A stretch of 64,000 nt of DNA, from positions 18,414,001 to 18,478,000 of the forward strand of contig NC_043005.1 in assembly GCF_006345805.1 (NCBI RefSeq), given 5' to 3'. Below, in pieces: positions 27,612 to 41,071 of the stretch (its first letter is position 1; the number at the start of each line of letters is the position of its first letter). This stretch comes from Octopus sinensis. Taxonomy: Eukaryota. A program made the translations under genes and the position numbers. A model generated the notes under the pieces. That model was not told where the DNA came from. It saw only the letters and a program-made list of their open reading frames with translations, and ran no database searches.

Positions 27612-27905
27612 TAGGTATAAGGCCCGAAATGTTGAGGGAAGAGGCCAGTCGATTAGATCGACTCCAGTACGCAGCTGGTACTTAATTTATCGACCCTGAA
27701 AGGATGAAAGGCAAAGTCGACCTCTGTTGAACTTTGAACTCAAAACGAAAAGACAGACAAAATACAGCTAAGTACTTCGCCCGGCGTGCTAACGTTTTTT
27801 ATTTCTTTATTGCCCTCAAGGGGCTAAACATAGTGGGGACAAACAAGGAGTTACATCGACCCCAGTGTTCAACTGGTAATTAATTTACCGACCCCGAAAG
27901 GATGA
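27612..27905 (-). mobile_element. Family A SINE dimer (type-1 unit joined to a type-2 remnant)
   Basis: Junction AATAAAGAAATA|AAAAACGTTAGCACG at about 27799; final tail ...CGGGCCTTATACCTAGAGTA. Confidence 0.85.
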
Positions 27906-29230
27906 CGCAAAAGAAATAATAACAGAGCCTCTGTACAGTCACTCGTCTTGCTGAAAATAACAGCCAAATCTCTCTCAAATCAAAATCTATCGTCTTAAAG
28001 TAACACACTGGATAATATATCGCACCACTCGCTTTTAAAGAGCGCAGTTCGAATTCTTTTAGTCATGTATGCACTTAGTATGGATTGATCTGGGAATAAG
28101 CAATAACAAAATAACTAAATAGAAATAGCAAACACAACTCAACAAATAATAGTTTTAACAACAGAATCTGTTACGGCATTAAAAGCATCAACCACAGTAA
28201 CCTTACAAGAGGTTATTCTCATCAAACAACAGAAACAAGAGAACTAAAACCAAATAAAATAAAGCAACTCACACCCTTACTCCACCGACATTTTTCTCAT
28301 CTTTCTAACTTATTTCTCACATACATTCACCGCACTGCAACATATTATGGCCAAAACTAACAGCTTAGTGCAAATTATTTCTTTTTAAACAAAGACATTA
28401 TTATACATTAACATTACCTGTTGACTAACGTTCTATTAAAGTTCAGTTCTTCTTTTGTGACCTTTGCTATCACTTTCACACAACATCTCTGACTTAATAG
28501 GCCATGTCATTTATACTACTGATGTTTCTATCCAAGCAGCTATTAATACCACCTATCTTAAATGTCAATGCTTTTCATGAATCGCATTCTCACACAACAC
28601 ATTTGAATTTTCGTATTAACTTTCTTCTTTTTCAAAAGGGCAATCTTTCCCGAAATATATGATCATTACAAAATCTATGTAAGATATTACAATGTTTTTT
28701 ATAAATTTTTTTCTGCATTTTTTCTTGATATTATCTTGCAATACTCACCAGCATTGCTACAAAATATTTCAAAATAAATATTTCATTTAATCACTTACAC
28801 GTACGCATACACGCGTATATTCACGACAGGCTTCTTTCAGTTTCTGTCAACCAAATCCTCTGCCAAGCCATAAAAATTGTGTACTTGTGTTTGAAACTAG
28901 AATGCCACGCACGTTCATACCAAATTTGAGTATCTATATCTGTATACAAACAAGTGAAAATCAAGTGACACAGAAAATAATTTACTGCAAATGAACCAAT
29001 ACGTTTCCCTCTCCTCTTCATTCTACTCCGTCTGCCTCCCTTCTCATCACCTAAATCACACTCTCCTGAATTCAGATCGGTTGTTTCTCTCCACCAAATT
29101 TTCTTCCGGGCTTTTGTAGTGTTATTAATGCGTTATCGTTCACAATATTTTTTTTTCTATTTTCTAAAGTAAATTAAAGCTATTTACTTTCCCTGAAGAT
29201 GAACAGGTTTCGAGTGGATATATCAACATA

Positions 29231-29269
<39 letters not shown>

Positions 29270-29475
29270 CGACATATATATGCATGTGTATATACATACA
29301 TATATGTGTGTATGTGTACGAACTATGTATGTACGTATGTATATATGTATGTATGTATGTATACACACACAGATATTTACACACACATATATATATATAT
29401 ATCGAGCAATAAACTTCGCTGAATGAACTGCCATAAATAATAATATAATAATAATAATACTACTACTACTACTAC

Positions 29476-29529
<54 letters not shown>

Positions 29530-30142
29530 TAATACGCTCAGCTACTTTTTTTACCTACTGTTATAGTAAATAAAGCCAACACAAATATTTAATTTAGTAC
29601 ATGGTTCATGATTACGTTATCGTACCTACCTTCACTATTCTACTTTCGCAGAAAGATGACAATGTCGACGCAGGTGAGTTTAGATGAACATCGGAGAAGC
29701 TAAACTAATTTAAAATACTGTTAACCATTTAGTCAGACACTCCACTGTTTCTTCCGATCCAACACACTTCTCAAAATCAATTATTGATTAATTATACAAG
29801 TATTTAATTGGAGTCATTCAGACAAGAAATAAAATTACACAAGACTTGCCAGTTATGGCGGAACTCGTCAATAAAAATACAATTATTGCTTAATCGTATT
29901 TCCGCTATCCGGCATTTTACGTGTGATGACTATTGGAAATAAATGATAGGTTGAGGATTGTGATGCATTGTATGGTGTGGTGCCGTGCTGTGTGGTGTAA
30001 AAACTAAGTACGGTAGAGTACGATGTTCCGTAATATAATAGCGATGTACGTTATAATTGTTTTAGGGAAAATGGACCTCCCCTTCCCACTTGACAAAGTT
30101 GTATGACGCAGCCACTATAAATTCAGACTCAGTCGTTGTATC

Positions 30143-31162
30143 AAGTCAGTAGTAGTGGAGTCGAAGTTCGTGTCGTGTGCAGATTTTTGAAGTTGCGTTG
30201 TTGATGACGGAATGTATTTGTCGTAAGAGTGTTATATGTTTGTTCGTTATATTGCTGTTCGATTGTTGATATTGTTAATTGTTGTTTTATTTTTTCCGCT
30301 GCTGGAAGGGGATCGGAGGAGGAGGCGTTGAAGATGGTTGAGGTTGGGGTCGAACCAGGGAAGATGAGGGGATGTGGGGGATTGCTGGAGAGGGATGAAG
30401 AAACGTTGAGGTTGGCACCACCTGCAGAGCTGACAAGCAGTGTAATGAGATGAACAGTTACATATAAAACAATGTAGGTGGCAATGAGAAATATAGAGAC
30501 TGTGACGGCGGAGGGGTCGAGGAGGTGTTGAAAGGCATTAAAAAGTCGACAACTTTTATAGCGGGAGGAGAGAGGTATGCCACCGTGGAGGTGCGCTTTG
30601 CGACGGAGGAAGGAGCAATCGGGTACACAACGGAGGCAGTGGGATCGGAGGAGTGGGTGCTTTTGCCGTCGTACTATGGTAAGCGTGTGGCTAGAGTGCG
30701 AGTGGGCGGAGAGCCCCCAGAACTGGAAGAAGCATAATAGCTGATGACAGTCGTGATCTTCAACATGAAGGAAGGGGCCAGGATGCTGAGGGCTGGCGAG
30801 GACTGGTAGAATCAATTACTGAGGATGTGGGATCGAGCTTACTATCCGGGCAACAATGGAGAATTTGGGTTGGATTGCTGAGGAGGTGGGAGTGAAGGTG
30901 GAGGACGGGCCGCCTGTGTGTTTTGAATGTGAGGAAAAAAAGATGATTAAGAAAAAACAATAGACAAAATAGAACGGTTTTAATATAGTGTGCATAAACT
31001 TGTACTGCATGGGAGTGGAGCCCATGCAGCGATTTAATTTTTTCCATTTTTATATAGCATTTATTCTCATTCGTTTTATGTTTTATGTCCCCACTGTGGT
31101 GTTGTGTCTGTCTTTGTAGTGTCCCCCTCTATATTATGGTCGTGGTGCCAAATAAAGAAATA
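30143..31162 (+). mobile_element. Internally deleted Tx1-type LINE (5' UTR, ORF1 remnant, 3' UTR)
   Basis: GERYATVEVRFATEE..YTTEAV....LLPSYYGKRVARVRVG is homologous to the ORF1 remnant at 51587-51826; ends AAATAAAGAAATA; no RT between. Confidence 0.7.
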
Positions 31163-31284
31163 CAGTAGTTGTGGAGTCGGAGAGTAGTTGACAGAGTTAT
31201 ATTTGGAGTTGAGTCGTTGATGACGGAGTGCTTTTTGTAAGAGCGTTAAAGACTTGCTCGTTTATTGCTGTTTGATTGTTGATA

Positions 31285-31357
31285 ACGTAACGGCAGACGA
31301 AATACGGCTACGCATATCGCCCGGCGTGCTAACATTTCTGCCAGCTCGCCGCCTTCC
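31285..31357 (-). mobile_element. Family A SINE head fragment
   Basis: Reverse complement AAGGCGGCGAGCTGGCAGAAATGTTAGCACGCCGGGCG...GTATTTCGTCTGCCGTTACGT. Confidence 0.85.
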
Positions 31358-31519
31358 ATACGAGTTCGAGTTACCGTCAAGGTAGTCACTTCACAGTCAT
31401 TGTCTTGCGGAACTATCAGCGACAGTACGATAATAAGACTCAAAGATAATAAGACGCAGAATACCACAACAACATAATAGTGGAGACAGTAACATACAAG
31501 TGGACGAGGATCCACAGTA

Positions 31520-32230
31520 TTACAATAATGTTGTGTGGTGTGATGAATAGGTGTTATATGGTAGGTTATCTGATGTAGTGTAACGTAAAGCAGGCGTATG
31601 ATATAATGCTGTGTGAAGGAATGAATACAAGTGTTATATTGCTGTGTGGTATGCTTAAATTGAGGTGTATAGTATGGTGTTGTATGGTATGTGATATAAA
31701 TGTATGTTATATTGCAGTGTTTCTGTGTCGTGGAGTAAAAGTGCTGTATGCCACTGTGTCGTTGGTGTGATATAATACAGGTATATATAATGGTATTCTA
31801 TGATGTAATATCGTTCAAGTGTATGTAATAGGGTAGTGTTACGTGCCATTACGTAATAGAGCTGTATGGCAGTGTTATGGGGTATGATATAACAGAAGCG
31901 TATGGCATATTATATAGTTTTGTTTGGCATGATGCATTGGTACGGAGATATTCTGTGGTGTGGTATATGTGTGGTATATGCTGAGGGGTTGTGTTATATA
32001 TTCATAATAACAGTGTTCGCTATGGTATTGTGTCCTGTAATGTATGTAACGGTATATGGTATGGTTATGAGTGATATCTGCGTATGCTTATGTTGCAATG
32101 TGGTTCACTGTATGTAGAAGTGTAACGCATAGCATTATGTTCTGTTGCATGTGTGGAGGTGTATACTGGCATGGTGTGTTGTGTTTTATGAAGTATGGTA
32201 CAGTGTGTTACATTCAGAAGTAACATAACT
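31520..32230. repeat. Degenerate pentanucleotide tract (TGTGG/TATGG/TGTTA-like)
   Basis: Visible 5-bp periodicity of G/T-rich units; a similar short tract lies at 29960-30050. Confidence 0.65.
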
Positions 32231-33204
32231 ACTCTGATCTTGTCAAATACCGCCCTATCATACTTACTTCAAATATCCTTCTTACAGTACAAGAGTCAGC
32301 TATTACTAATGACACCCACCGACTATCCGAATCTCTATCCCTTGCCCTCCTTCTGTAATTTTTTCTTTATCTCTCTCTCTCTCTCTCCTCTCACATACAC
32401 ACACCTTAAGGCTAGTTGGACTTATAACATCATCTACTCAGGAACTCTGGATTCAATCGTCTATCCGGTTTTTATCAAGCTCCTTGTGTGTACCAGGGTT
32501 AGGTTTCGTTCTTATGGTTTCCGCAGGAGATTCCTTGCGTCACCAATATGCATCCTAGACAATTCCTGCAAAACACACATAGACAGCACTGCATATGAAT
32601 GACTTCCCTTTAAAGCCAGAAAACCCCTTAACCGGCAGAAAATGCTAAAAGTTTAGGCATCCTAGACAAAAGATCACTCCACTGTTTCAAATGAAATCAC
32701 TGGCACTTCAGTTTCTAGCCCACAGCCATATAGTTTCCTATTTCGTCTTTCTCTCAATGCTACAATGGCCTCTGAACCTCAAAGACAGTTGGTATTCTGT
32801 CAACTCTACCCAGGGCTTCCAAATCACTTGCATCTATCATCGTCTCATCCCTCCACACCTACACACACACACACACACATACACACACCTTAAGGACTAT
32901 TGATACGATTTCTGTACTATAATAGCCTTTTGATCTTTTGGGCTAGCTGGACTTACACCTCCTCTACTCGGGTACTCTGGATCCAATCGTCTCTCCGGTT
33001 CTCATCAGACTTCTTGTGTTCAGTACACAAGGCCCTTCATTAACCATTAGTCACCACGCCGAATCATGCCTTTTCAACATGTCAACTTTCTGGAACTCCT
33101 TCCCTGCTCTTCGCTTTACAGCATACACGTATATCTTGTCTTTATGTGCAATGATTTTAAGAGGAACATTAACACCATCCATCCTCTGCTCTATCTACTA
33201 CGCA

Positions 33205-33601
33205 GGATCTTTTCGGTTTGAACGACAGTTTTTTTCTAGCGGGGTCATGTGAAATTGTCACCCATAATTATGACCCTAGTATCGATCTATTGCATTTCTA
33301 TCTGTTTTAGGGTTAGGGTTAGGGTTAGGGGTGGGGGGAAGGGTAAATTTTTTTTCTTCACAAATGTAAATAAATCCAATCCGTTTCTTAAACGAGGGAC
33401 ATATTCATATGGCACAGAATGCTTTTTACCTCAATAGACGTAATTGATTGGTTGAAATTGCAGAAATTGAAGAAAAAAACAACAAATATCTTACAAACTA
33501 TAGAATTTTCTCAATAAAGCCAAGAGAAAGTATAAAAGTTTAAATTTTTTTTAGTTACCTAGAAATTATGTTAAAAACTGCCGTTCAAACTGAAAAGATC
33601 C
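33205..33601. mobile_element. Non-autonomous TIR element with internal (TTAGGG)n
   Basis: TIRs GGATCTTTTCGGTTTGAACGACAGTTTTT / AAAAACTGCCGTTCAAACTGAAAAGATCC; probable 8-bp TSD ACTACGCA/ACTACGCC. Confidence 0.8.
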
Positions 33602-35004
33602 ACTACGCCTAGTCTTTTTTCCTTTGAACATCAGGTCAGTGGGAATCTTTCTCTGTACACGTTTCCCTGCAGTCTAAGTACAATGTTCACATTCTCAATG
33701 TCAATAGTCTTCCTTCAAAACCAACAACTAAAACATGTGCTATAACAAACAAAACAAAAGCAACATTAACAAGAACACACATTCGTCTGTAGCGAAACAT
33801 GCAAGTTCAACAACCACATGAAACACAAAAAAAAGCACATTAGTTACAATCACAGCAACGAGAGTAACAACGACAACAACAGCAGCAGCAGCAGGAACAA
33901 CAGAAGTAAGAAGACAATAGTAGCAATGTGGAATCAAGTGGGCCGTTCGTGTTTATGAAAGAAACAGAGACGAGAAAGACAAAACCATAAAGAGAACAAA
34001 AATTTGAAATATAAGAGCAGAAGATTTCCTGCTGTTCAGTTTTTGATAAAAAAAAAATAATAAAATGTCGGAATTTTAAAAAATTTATTTAAAAAAAAAA
34101 TCAAAGTAAAGTGTTGGATTTATGTTCAAGTGTCATCATCATCATCATCATCATCATCATCAACATCATCGTCGTTGTCGTCTTGATCATCATAATTATC
34201 ATCAAAATTATTGTCGTCGTCGTCGTCGTCACCTCACTTAACGTCGTCATCGTCGCCGCAGTGGTAATACCATCAACTTCAAATTATTGATCCGCATCGT
34301 CGTCATAATTATCATAAAAAAGAACATCCTCCTCCTCCTCATCACCATTGTCATCGTCAGCATCATCATCAACATCATCGCCATCGTCGTCGTCGTCGTC
34401 ATCATCATCATCACCATCGTCATTGTCGTTGTCAGCATCATCACCAACATCATCATCGTGATCATCAAGAACCCCCCACACACACACATCCACCAACACA
34501 ATCACCAGCGACGCCATCATGTTCACTACCATCACCACCGCCGCCGCCACTACCACTACCACCACTGCCACCACCACCACCACCACCACCACCCATCATT
34601 AATATCACCATCAGCAGGAACACCATTGATTTTATAAAGTCGTTACGTGTGTTGCAGTTTTTTTTAGTTATTAATCTTCTTGTTGATGCTGTTGTTGTTT
34701 CTAATTCTTTATTGAATTTCATGCAAAATATATTAAAATTTCACACAGATGACATTTCTAAATGAAGCTGTTGTTGAAAGCCGGATAAAGTGTCTTGTAG
34801 TATCTAGTTACATCCCTTTAATTGCTGAGTTCAAATATGCCTGAGATCAAATTTGTCGTATTTTTTTTCCTTTGGGTTGAGTGAGTGAGGTCCGTTGCCT
34901 AAGAAGTAAAGTACCGATCTTATTTGAAGGTCGATGTACCCAATAAATCACATTCCACTAAGATTTATGCCCACGTGCCTATGTTCTTTATTATAAATTA
35001 GCGC

Positions 35005-35150
35005 AAAATGGAGTTCAAATACCGCCGCGGTCAGCTTAGCCTTCTATCCATTCGGGGTTGATGAAATAAGTACCAGTTATGTGCTGGGGCCGATGTAATC
35101 GGCTCGCCCTCTTTCTCCAAATTTCAGACCTTGTGCCTATTGTAGAAATG
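35005..35150 (+). mobile_element. Old family A SINE fragment, type-2 tail
   Basis: GAGTTCAAATACCGCCGCGGTC...GGGGTTGATGAAATAAGTACCAG...AATTTCAGACCTTGTGCCTA. Confidence 0.7.
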
Positions 35151-35199
35151 ATAATTATTGCAAAAGAAGGCAGATTTGGGGAACGGTTTGCAAACCCAA

Positions 35200-35400
35200 A
35201 GTCTCGTGGCCAAGTGGTTAGGATGTTCCAGTCACAATCGTAGGAACGTGATTTCGATTCCCGGACCGGGCGGTGCGTTCCGTCCTTGAACCGAACACTC
35301 CATTTTATGATGTTCCAGTCTACCCAGCTGTAAATTAGTAAGTACCCCTACGACAGACAAGCATCCCGTTCAGGGGTGCGGGGGTGGGGGAATGTTGTGA
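35200..35400 (+). mobile_element. Old tRNA-derived SINE related to family B
   Basis: TGGCCAAGTGGTTAGG (A box), TTCGATTCCC (B box), CORE-like GTCCTTGAAC. Confidence 0.6.
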
Positions 35401-36023
35401 TCTTGGTCGCTTATTCACCATGGAAACCAGATTACCGACCGAATGAATCCAAGGTCCCTACACGGTTATGCACAGGGCTTGATAACAATAGTGAGGAAAT
35501 CCTAGTTTGTCAATATAATTCCTACTAACTTTTGGCTTAGTTGGATCTATTTGCGCGCCAAGCTCTTCGAAAGGTTTTCTAGAATTAATCATCTCAATTG
35601 AATGTCAGTTACTGTTTAATTGTTTCGGTATTTATTGTGTAACATATTTAGTAACTAAAGAGGAGAGGCTTTTGTGCGTACAGTATCCTGCCTTGGGGAT
35701 TCATATTTGAATCATTAATTGTGGTTTGTCGACAAAGCGAACAATTAATATTTTTAATAATAGCCACTCACGTAGAGCAGTGGGAGTAGATTTATATAAT
35801 GAAAGTGGCAGTGACAATCCTCTCTATTATGGCAGAACGATGAAGCAGATATTAGCAATAATGACTATAATATGTTAAATAATATTGTTGATTACATCGA
35901 TAAGTGTGACGACATCCACTTGTAGCCTAATACTAATAATTGTAGTAATAAACCTAATAGCGAGATCAATGGCAGCAATTTGATGCAGTAATAAGAAAAA
36001 TAGAATATTAAAAAAAACTATAA

Positions 36024-36269
36024 TACATGGTGTTCAAAAAGTCTCTCCGCAGTATGTATTTTATTGCAAAATATATATTTATAAGATGGTATAAGACTAC
36101 AAAAGAATATATTAGACTTTACAGGACTTTAAAAACACCTTATAAGAGGTGCTGAAAGTGTCGTCCTTCATTTTCAATCCATAAGTTGACTCTTCTACAC
36201 ATGTTTCGAAATCTTGGAGAGTCAGGATGAAAAAAATTCACTGCGGAGAGATTTTTTGAACACGCTGTA
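36024..36269. mobile_element. Tc1/mariner-type MITE
   Basis: TIRs TACATGGTGTTCAAAAAGTCTCTCCGCAGT / ACTGCGGAGAGATTTTTTGAACACGCTGTA with TA ends. Confidence 0.8.
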
Positions 36270-36419
36270 TTAATCATCATCGCCGCCGCCACCCTAAACC
36301 ACTGCAATCACCACTAACAACTACAGGAAAAAGCTTGAGTCAGTGATGGAACGTCAGTGAGGCGTTCTGTTCTGCTAAAAATAGTAGCCAAATAGCAATT
36401 GAACCATTCTGCACCATAT

Positions 36420-37018
36420 TGATTTCAAATTTTGACAAAAGGTCAGTAATTTTAGGTGAAATCGATTACATCGACCCCAGTTCTCAACTGGAACTTATTT
36501 TATCGATCTCGAAAGGATGAAAGGCAAAGAGGACCACAGATGATTTTGAACTCACGGAGGAAATGCTGGTAAGCATCCTGCCCGGTGTGCTAACGATTCT
36601 TATTTCTTTATTGCCTACAAGGGGCTAAACATAGAGGGAACAAACAAGGACAGACAAACGGATTAAGTCGATTACATCGACCCCAGTGCGTGACTGGTAA
36701 TTAATTTATTGACCCCCGAAAGGATGAAAGGCAAAGTCGCCCTCAGCGAAATCTGAACTCAGAAAGTAACGTCAGACGAAATACCTATTTCTTTACTACA
36801 CACAAGGGGCTAAACACAGAGGAGACAAACAAGGACAGACAGACGGATTAAGTCGATTATATCGACCCTAGTGCGTAAATGGTACTTATTTAATCGACTC
36901 CGAAACGATGAAAGGCAAAGTCGACCTCGCCGGAATTTGAACTCAGAACGTAGCGGCAGACGAAATACTGCTAAGCATTTCGCCTGGCATGCTAACGACT
37001 CTGCCAGCTCACCGCCTT
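36420..37018 (-). mobile_element. Family A SINE trimeric array ending in an old type-2-like remnant
   Basis: Junctions AAAGAAATA|GGTATT (36785) and AAAGAAATA|AGAATCGTTAGC (36600). Confidence 0.9.
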
Positions 37019-37413
37019 GTAAGAAAGTGAAAGGAAAGAGGGAATTCGAACCTAGAATGTAGCGTAATGCAACTTAAAATGGATAGAAGAATGTAAGACA
37101 AATCATGTAAGAATATTTCTGAAGTGCAAAGAGAATATTAAAATCCATAATCAGTAGACAAGAGAGAGACAAGCGTTCAGTTCCTCTGGATGGTTGTGAC
37201 GTTTCGCACAAGTAGTTTTCTGTGGTGTCTTTTGCTAATATTCACCAACATTGATGGGATCGAATTTCTGAAAATATGTTTATACTTTGTGTTAGTTTAA
37301 TGCTGGTATGGTATTCATTGATGTGATGAAGTTATTGTATGTGATGTTTGTATGTTGCTGAATGTCATTCACTATTTTTTTTTTGTTGTGTTTATGACCG
37401 TTTAGTTAATAAT

Positions 37414-37802
37414 GGAGGCGCAATGGCCCAGTGATTAGGGCAGCGGACTCGCGGTCATAGGATCGCGGTTTCGATTCCCAGACCGGGCGTTGTGAGTGTT
37501 TATTGAACGAAAACACCTAAAGCTCCACGAGGCTCCGGCAGGGGATGGTGGTGATCCCTGCTGTACTCTTTCACCACAACTTTCTCTCACTCTTTCTTCC
37601 TGTTTCTGTTGTACCTGTATTTCAAAGGGCCGGCCTTGTTACTCTCTCTGTGTCACGCTGAATATCTCCGAGAACTACATTAAGGGTACACGTGTCTGTG
37701 GAGTGCTCAGCCACTTACACGTTAATTTCACGAGCAGGCTGTTCCGTTGATTCGGATCAACCGGAACCCTCATCGTCGTAACCGACGGAGTGCTTCCATC
37801 CA
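37414..37802 (+). mobile_element. Family B SINE, long variant, full length
   Basis: A and B boxes; 12-bp TSD TTAGTTAATAAT (37402-37413 and 37803-37814). Confidence 0.92.
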
Positions 37803-38727
37803 TTAGTTAATAATTTCTCTTTTGCTTGTGTGTGTGCGTGCTGTGTTCTGAACTGTGTATGTTTGTGTGAATAAGGTTGTGCATGTACTTGTATATTTAG
37901 GTGTGTGTGATATTTGTGTGGACGGTGATCATAGTAATGCCGTAGCTGTTGTTGGAATGATGATGGTGCCACGTTCATGAAAACTATTCCACACCACCAC
38001 CATTTGTGTCTCTTACATTTTGTGGGTGCGTTTCATATATTTTCATTTTATTTCCATTGGTTGCTTTTTGACCTTTAAGGTCCTCTCGATCACATTCACT
38101 ACACAACTTTTCAAAGTGGTCTGAGGTTAGATGGGGGGTATGTCTTCGGGATTAGCATTTTGTTCTACTATATATGTAAATATATTAGTGGAATGAAAGT
38201 AACGGTGAATTTAAATTATTTTGACGAACTATAAACCAACATCTCCATTTGGATGTTTGGAAAATGAAATGCTAGAGATGAAGATGACCGAGAGAAACTT
38301 CTAAAAGCTGCGAATAGACTCAGCTGTGATATAATACCAGAGATGTGCCAAAGCTTCTTTATGTAGAGACAATTTAATTAAATCTCAAACTCTGATACAA
38401 AAATTTAAAAGAAAACCCAGTCATACGAGTATTTAAGAGATGAAACTGATAGAAAAACGAAAAGAGAGAAATAAAATAGAAAAACAGAATAAATGCAATA
38501 GATGAGCTAAACTAATATGATAAACGAGGTTTGTGCCAGAAATAACAGGAACTAATATAACAACCGTTTCAATCTAAAGCTTCTATATTAAATTGGAAGT
38601 GAAGTGAACTGGAGAGCCTTTAAGGCTTTGAAACACACCGTCTCCAGTTTAGTCTCATGGAAGTAGTAATAAATAATAAACCGCTCGCTCCATTCCGAAT
38701 ATGTTGTCATAAGAATGATATGGATAG

Positions 38728-38817
<90 letters not shown>

Positions 38818-38903
38818 ATGCGCATCTATTATATGAAAGTCATACACTGTTATTACAGTGGGTCACAGGAGCATACGGAAAGCAATTATTTCTTTCTATT
38901 TGT

Positions 38904-39197
38904 GGAGGCGTAATGGCCTAGTGGTTGGGGCAGCGGACTTGGTGTCGTAGGATCGCGGTTTCGATTCCCAGACCGGGCGTTGTGAGTGTTTGTTGAGCGA
39001 AAACACCTAAAAGCTACACGAGGCTCAGGCAGGGGGTGGTGATCCCTGCTGTACTCTTTCACCACTCTTTCTTCTGTTGGCCTGCTCGCTTAGCCAGCGG
39101 GGTGGCGTCATTCGAAGGCTAAAACAATGCGAACGCATTGTGACCAGCGATGTGTAACTACATCTGATGGACTGGTCGGTCACGTGATCACGTGATA
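38904..39197 (+). mobile_element. Family B SINE head with an alternative 3' tail
   Basis: Same head as 39279, but continues into CCTGCTCGCTTAGCCAGCGGGG...CACGTGATCACGTGA. Confidence 0.8.
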
Positions 39198-39278
39198 TAT
39201 CTATTATATGAAGGTCATACACTGTTGTTACAGTGGGTCACAGGAGCATACTGAAAACAATTCTTTCTTTCTATTAGT

Positions 39279-39662
39279 GGAGGCGTAATGGCCTAGTGGT
39301 TAGGGCAGCGGACTTGGTGTCGTAGGATCACAGTTTCGATTCCCAGACCGGATGTAGTGAGTGTTTATTGAGCGAAAACACCTAAAACTCCACGAGGCTC
39401 CGGTAGGAAGTGGTGGCGAAACCTGCCGTACTCTTTCATTATAACTTACTTTCTCTCACTCTTACTTTCTGTTTCTGTTGTACGTGTACTTCAAAGGGGC
39501 CGGCCTTGTCACTCTCTGTTTCACGCTGAATCTCCCCGAGAACTACGTTAAGGGTACACATGTCTGTGTAGTTCTCAACCATTTGCACGTTAATTTCACG
39601 AGATGGCTGTTCCGTTGATCGGATCAACTGGAGCCCACTTCATTGTAACCGACGGAGTGCCA
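39279..39662 (+). mobile_element. Family B SINE, standard tail
   Basis: Head through GTAACCGACGGAGTGC. Confidence 0.88.
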
Positions 39663-39904
39663 CGACGATTTCTTTCCATTGCTCTCTCTTATACTCTTTC
39701 TCTCTCTCTCTCACACATACACACACACACTCAAACATATTACCAAAAAAAGACAACATGATCCTGTGGGTAAGATGTTCTTGTCATAATTATGAATGCC
39801 TGTGTTCGTTCTACCTGTGCGCCACTTCTCCCACATCGATTCAAGTATCATGGCCGTATTTCGCTTGTCAGAGACTGGGAGGCCGCCAACTAGAAGACTT
39901 ACTC

Positions 39905-40058
39905 TTTTACTCTCTTTTACTCTTTTACTTGTTTCAGTCATTAGACTGCGGCCATGCTGGAGCACCGCCTTTAGTCGAGCAAATCGACCCCGGGACTTAT
40001 TCTTTGTAAGCCCAGTACTTATTCTATCGGTCTCTTTTGCCGAACCGCTAAGTGACGT
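39905..40058 (-). mobile_element. Family C SINE 3' fragment
   Basis: Matches the tails of 22335-22765 and 54143-54626. Confidence 0.85.
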
Positions 40059-40450
40059 ACATTTTATTGTGCAATGAGTACCTTTGGACACCTGATTTAA
40101 CAGCGTCGCTTGACCCTAGATTGCCTCTGAAGGGTCATTTCGCACAAGTTTTCCGAAATAATGATAATCCATGAGCTGAGGCATATTTCCTCCGTTTCCC
40201 TCCATCAGTCTCAAAGAATTGTCTGAAAGCATCATGGTTGTTCCTATTCTTCCTCTAACTAACCTCTAAACAAGAATACACGTCACGTGACAGAAAGAGA
40301 TCTTGCAGAAACATCTTTATTTATCTCCCCCTTACTTTCTCTTATCTTTCCTTATCTCTTCCGTAACACTTATGGATTATCGAATATTCAAATACGCGAG
40401 ATGCATAGAAACATATTACTCCTCTCTCCCTCTTTCAGTTATCCTTTCCA

Positions 40451-40690
40451 GTGAAGGCGCGTGGTTCAGTGGTTAAGGCACTCAGCTCTCGGTCGTAACG
40501 TCGTATATTCGATTCCTGGCAGTGCACTGTATCCTTGAGCAAGACACTTTATTTCACGCTGCTTCAGTCCACTCAGCTGGCAAAAATGAGTTACACCACC
40601 ATGTCAAAGGGGCCAGCCTTGTTACATTCTTTCTTACGCTGAACCTCCCTGGGTACGCATGTCTGTGGAGTGCTCAGCGACGTACATGTT
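40451..40690 (+). mobile_element. Family B SINE, diverged
   Basis: GAAGGCGCGTGG..AGTGGTTA head and CORE-like block. Confidence 0.8.
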
Positions 40691-40899
40691 GAAGCGGGCG
40701 GCACGAGTGTTCCTGCGGAAAACAATTTCGCATTGCCTAAGTCCACCGAGCCGTAAATGCTTAACCCCGCTATCATATTCAGAAGGAGCATCATTGTGAT
40801 CTCGGTCGTATAAACGCCACCAAATCTAAGTTACCGTCTTTAATGTGTACAGAGACTCGAAACACTACTTTTACCCTTTCCAAGTAGGTTTGAATTCCC

Positions 40900-41039
40900 A
40901 AATAAAATACATTATTTACATTTCACGGATATTTGTCCTTATCTTTTTTTGTTGTTAACACAACGTTATGGCTTCATCAGGAGTCTTGGGGAAATTTCGA
41001 ACCTGGGTTCTCTTTCCTAGGTATTTTTCGATGTTGCTG

Positions 41040-41071
<32 letters not shown>

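Noticed and set aside
32355-33030. Diverged ~130-bp direct repeat (32390-32500 and 32940-33030)
   Set aside because: Real but old and featureless, with no termini or coding signal.
33306-33330. Interstitial telomere or chromosome-fusion scar
   Set aside because: Only about four units, one orientation, and enclosed within a TIR element.
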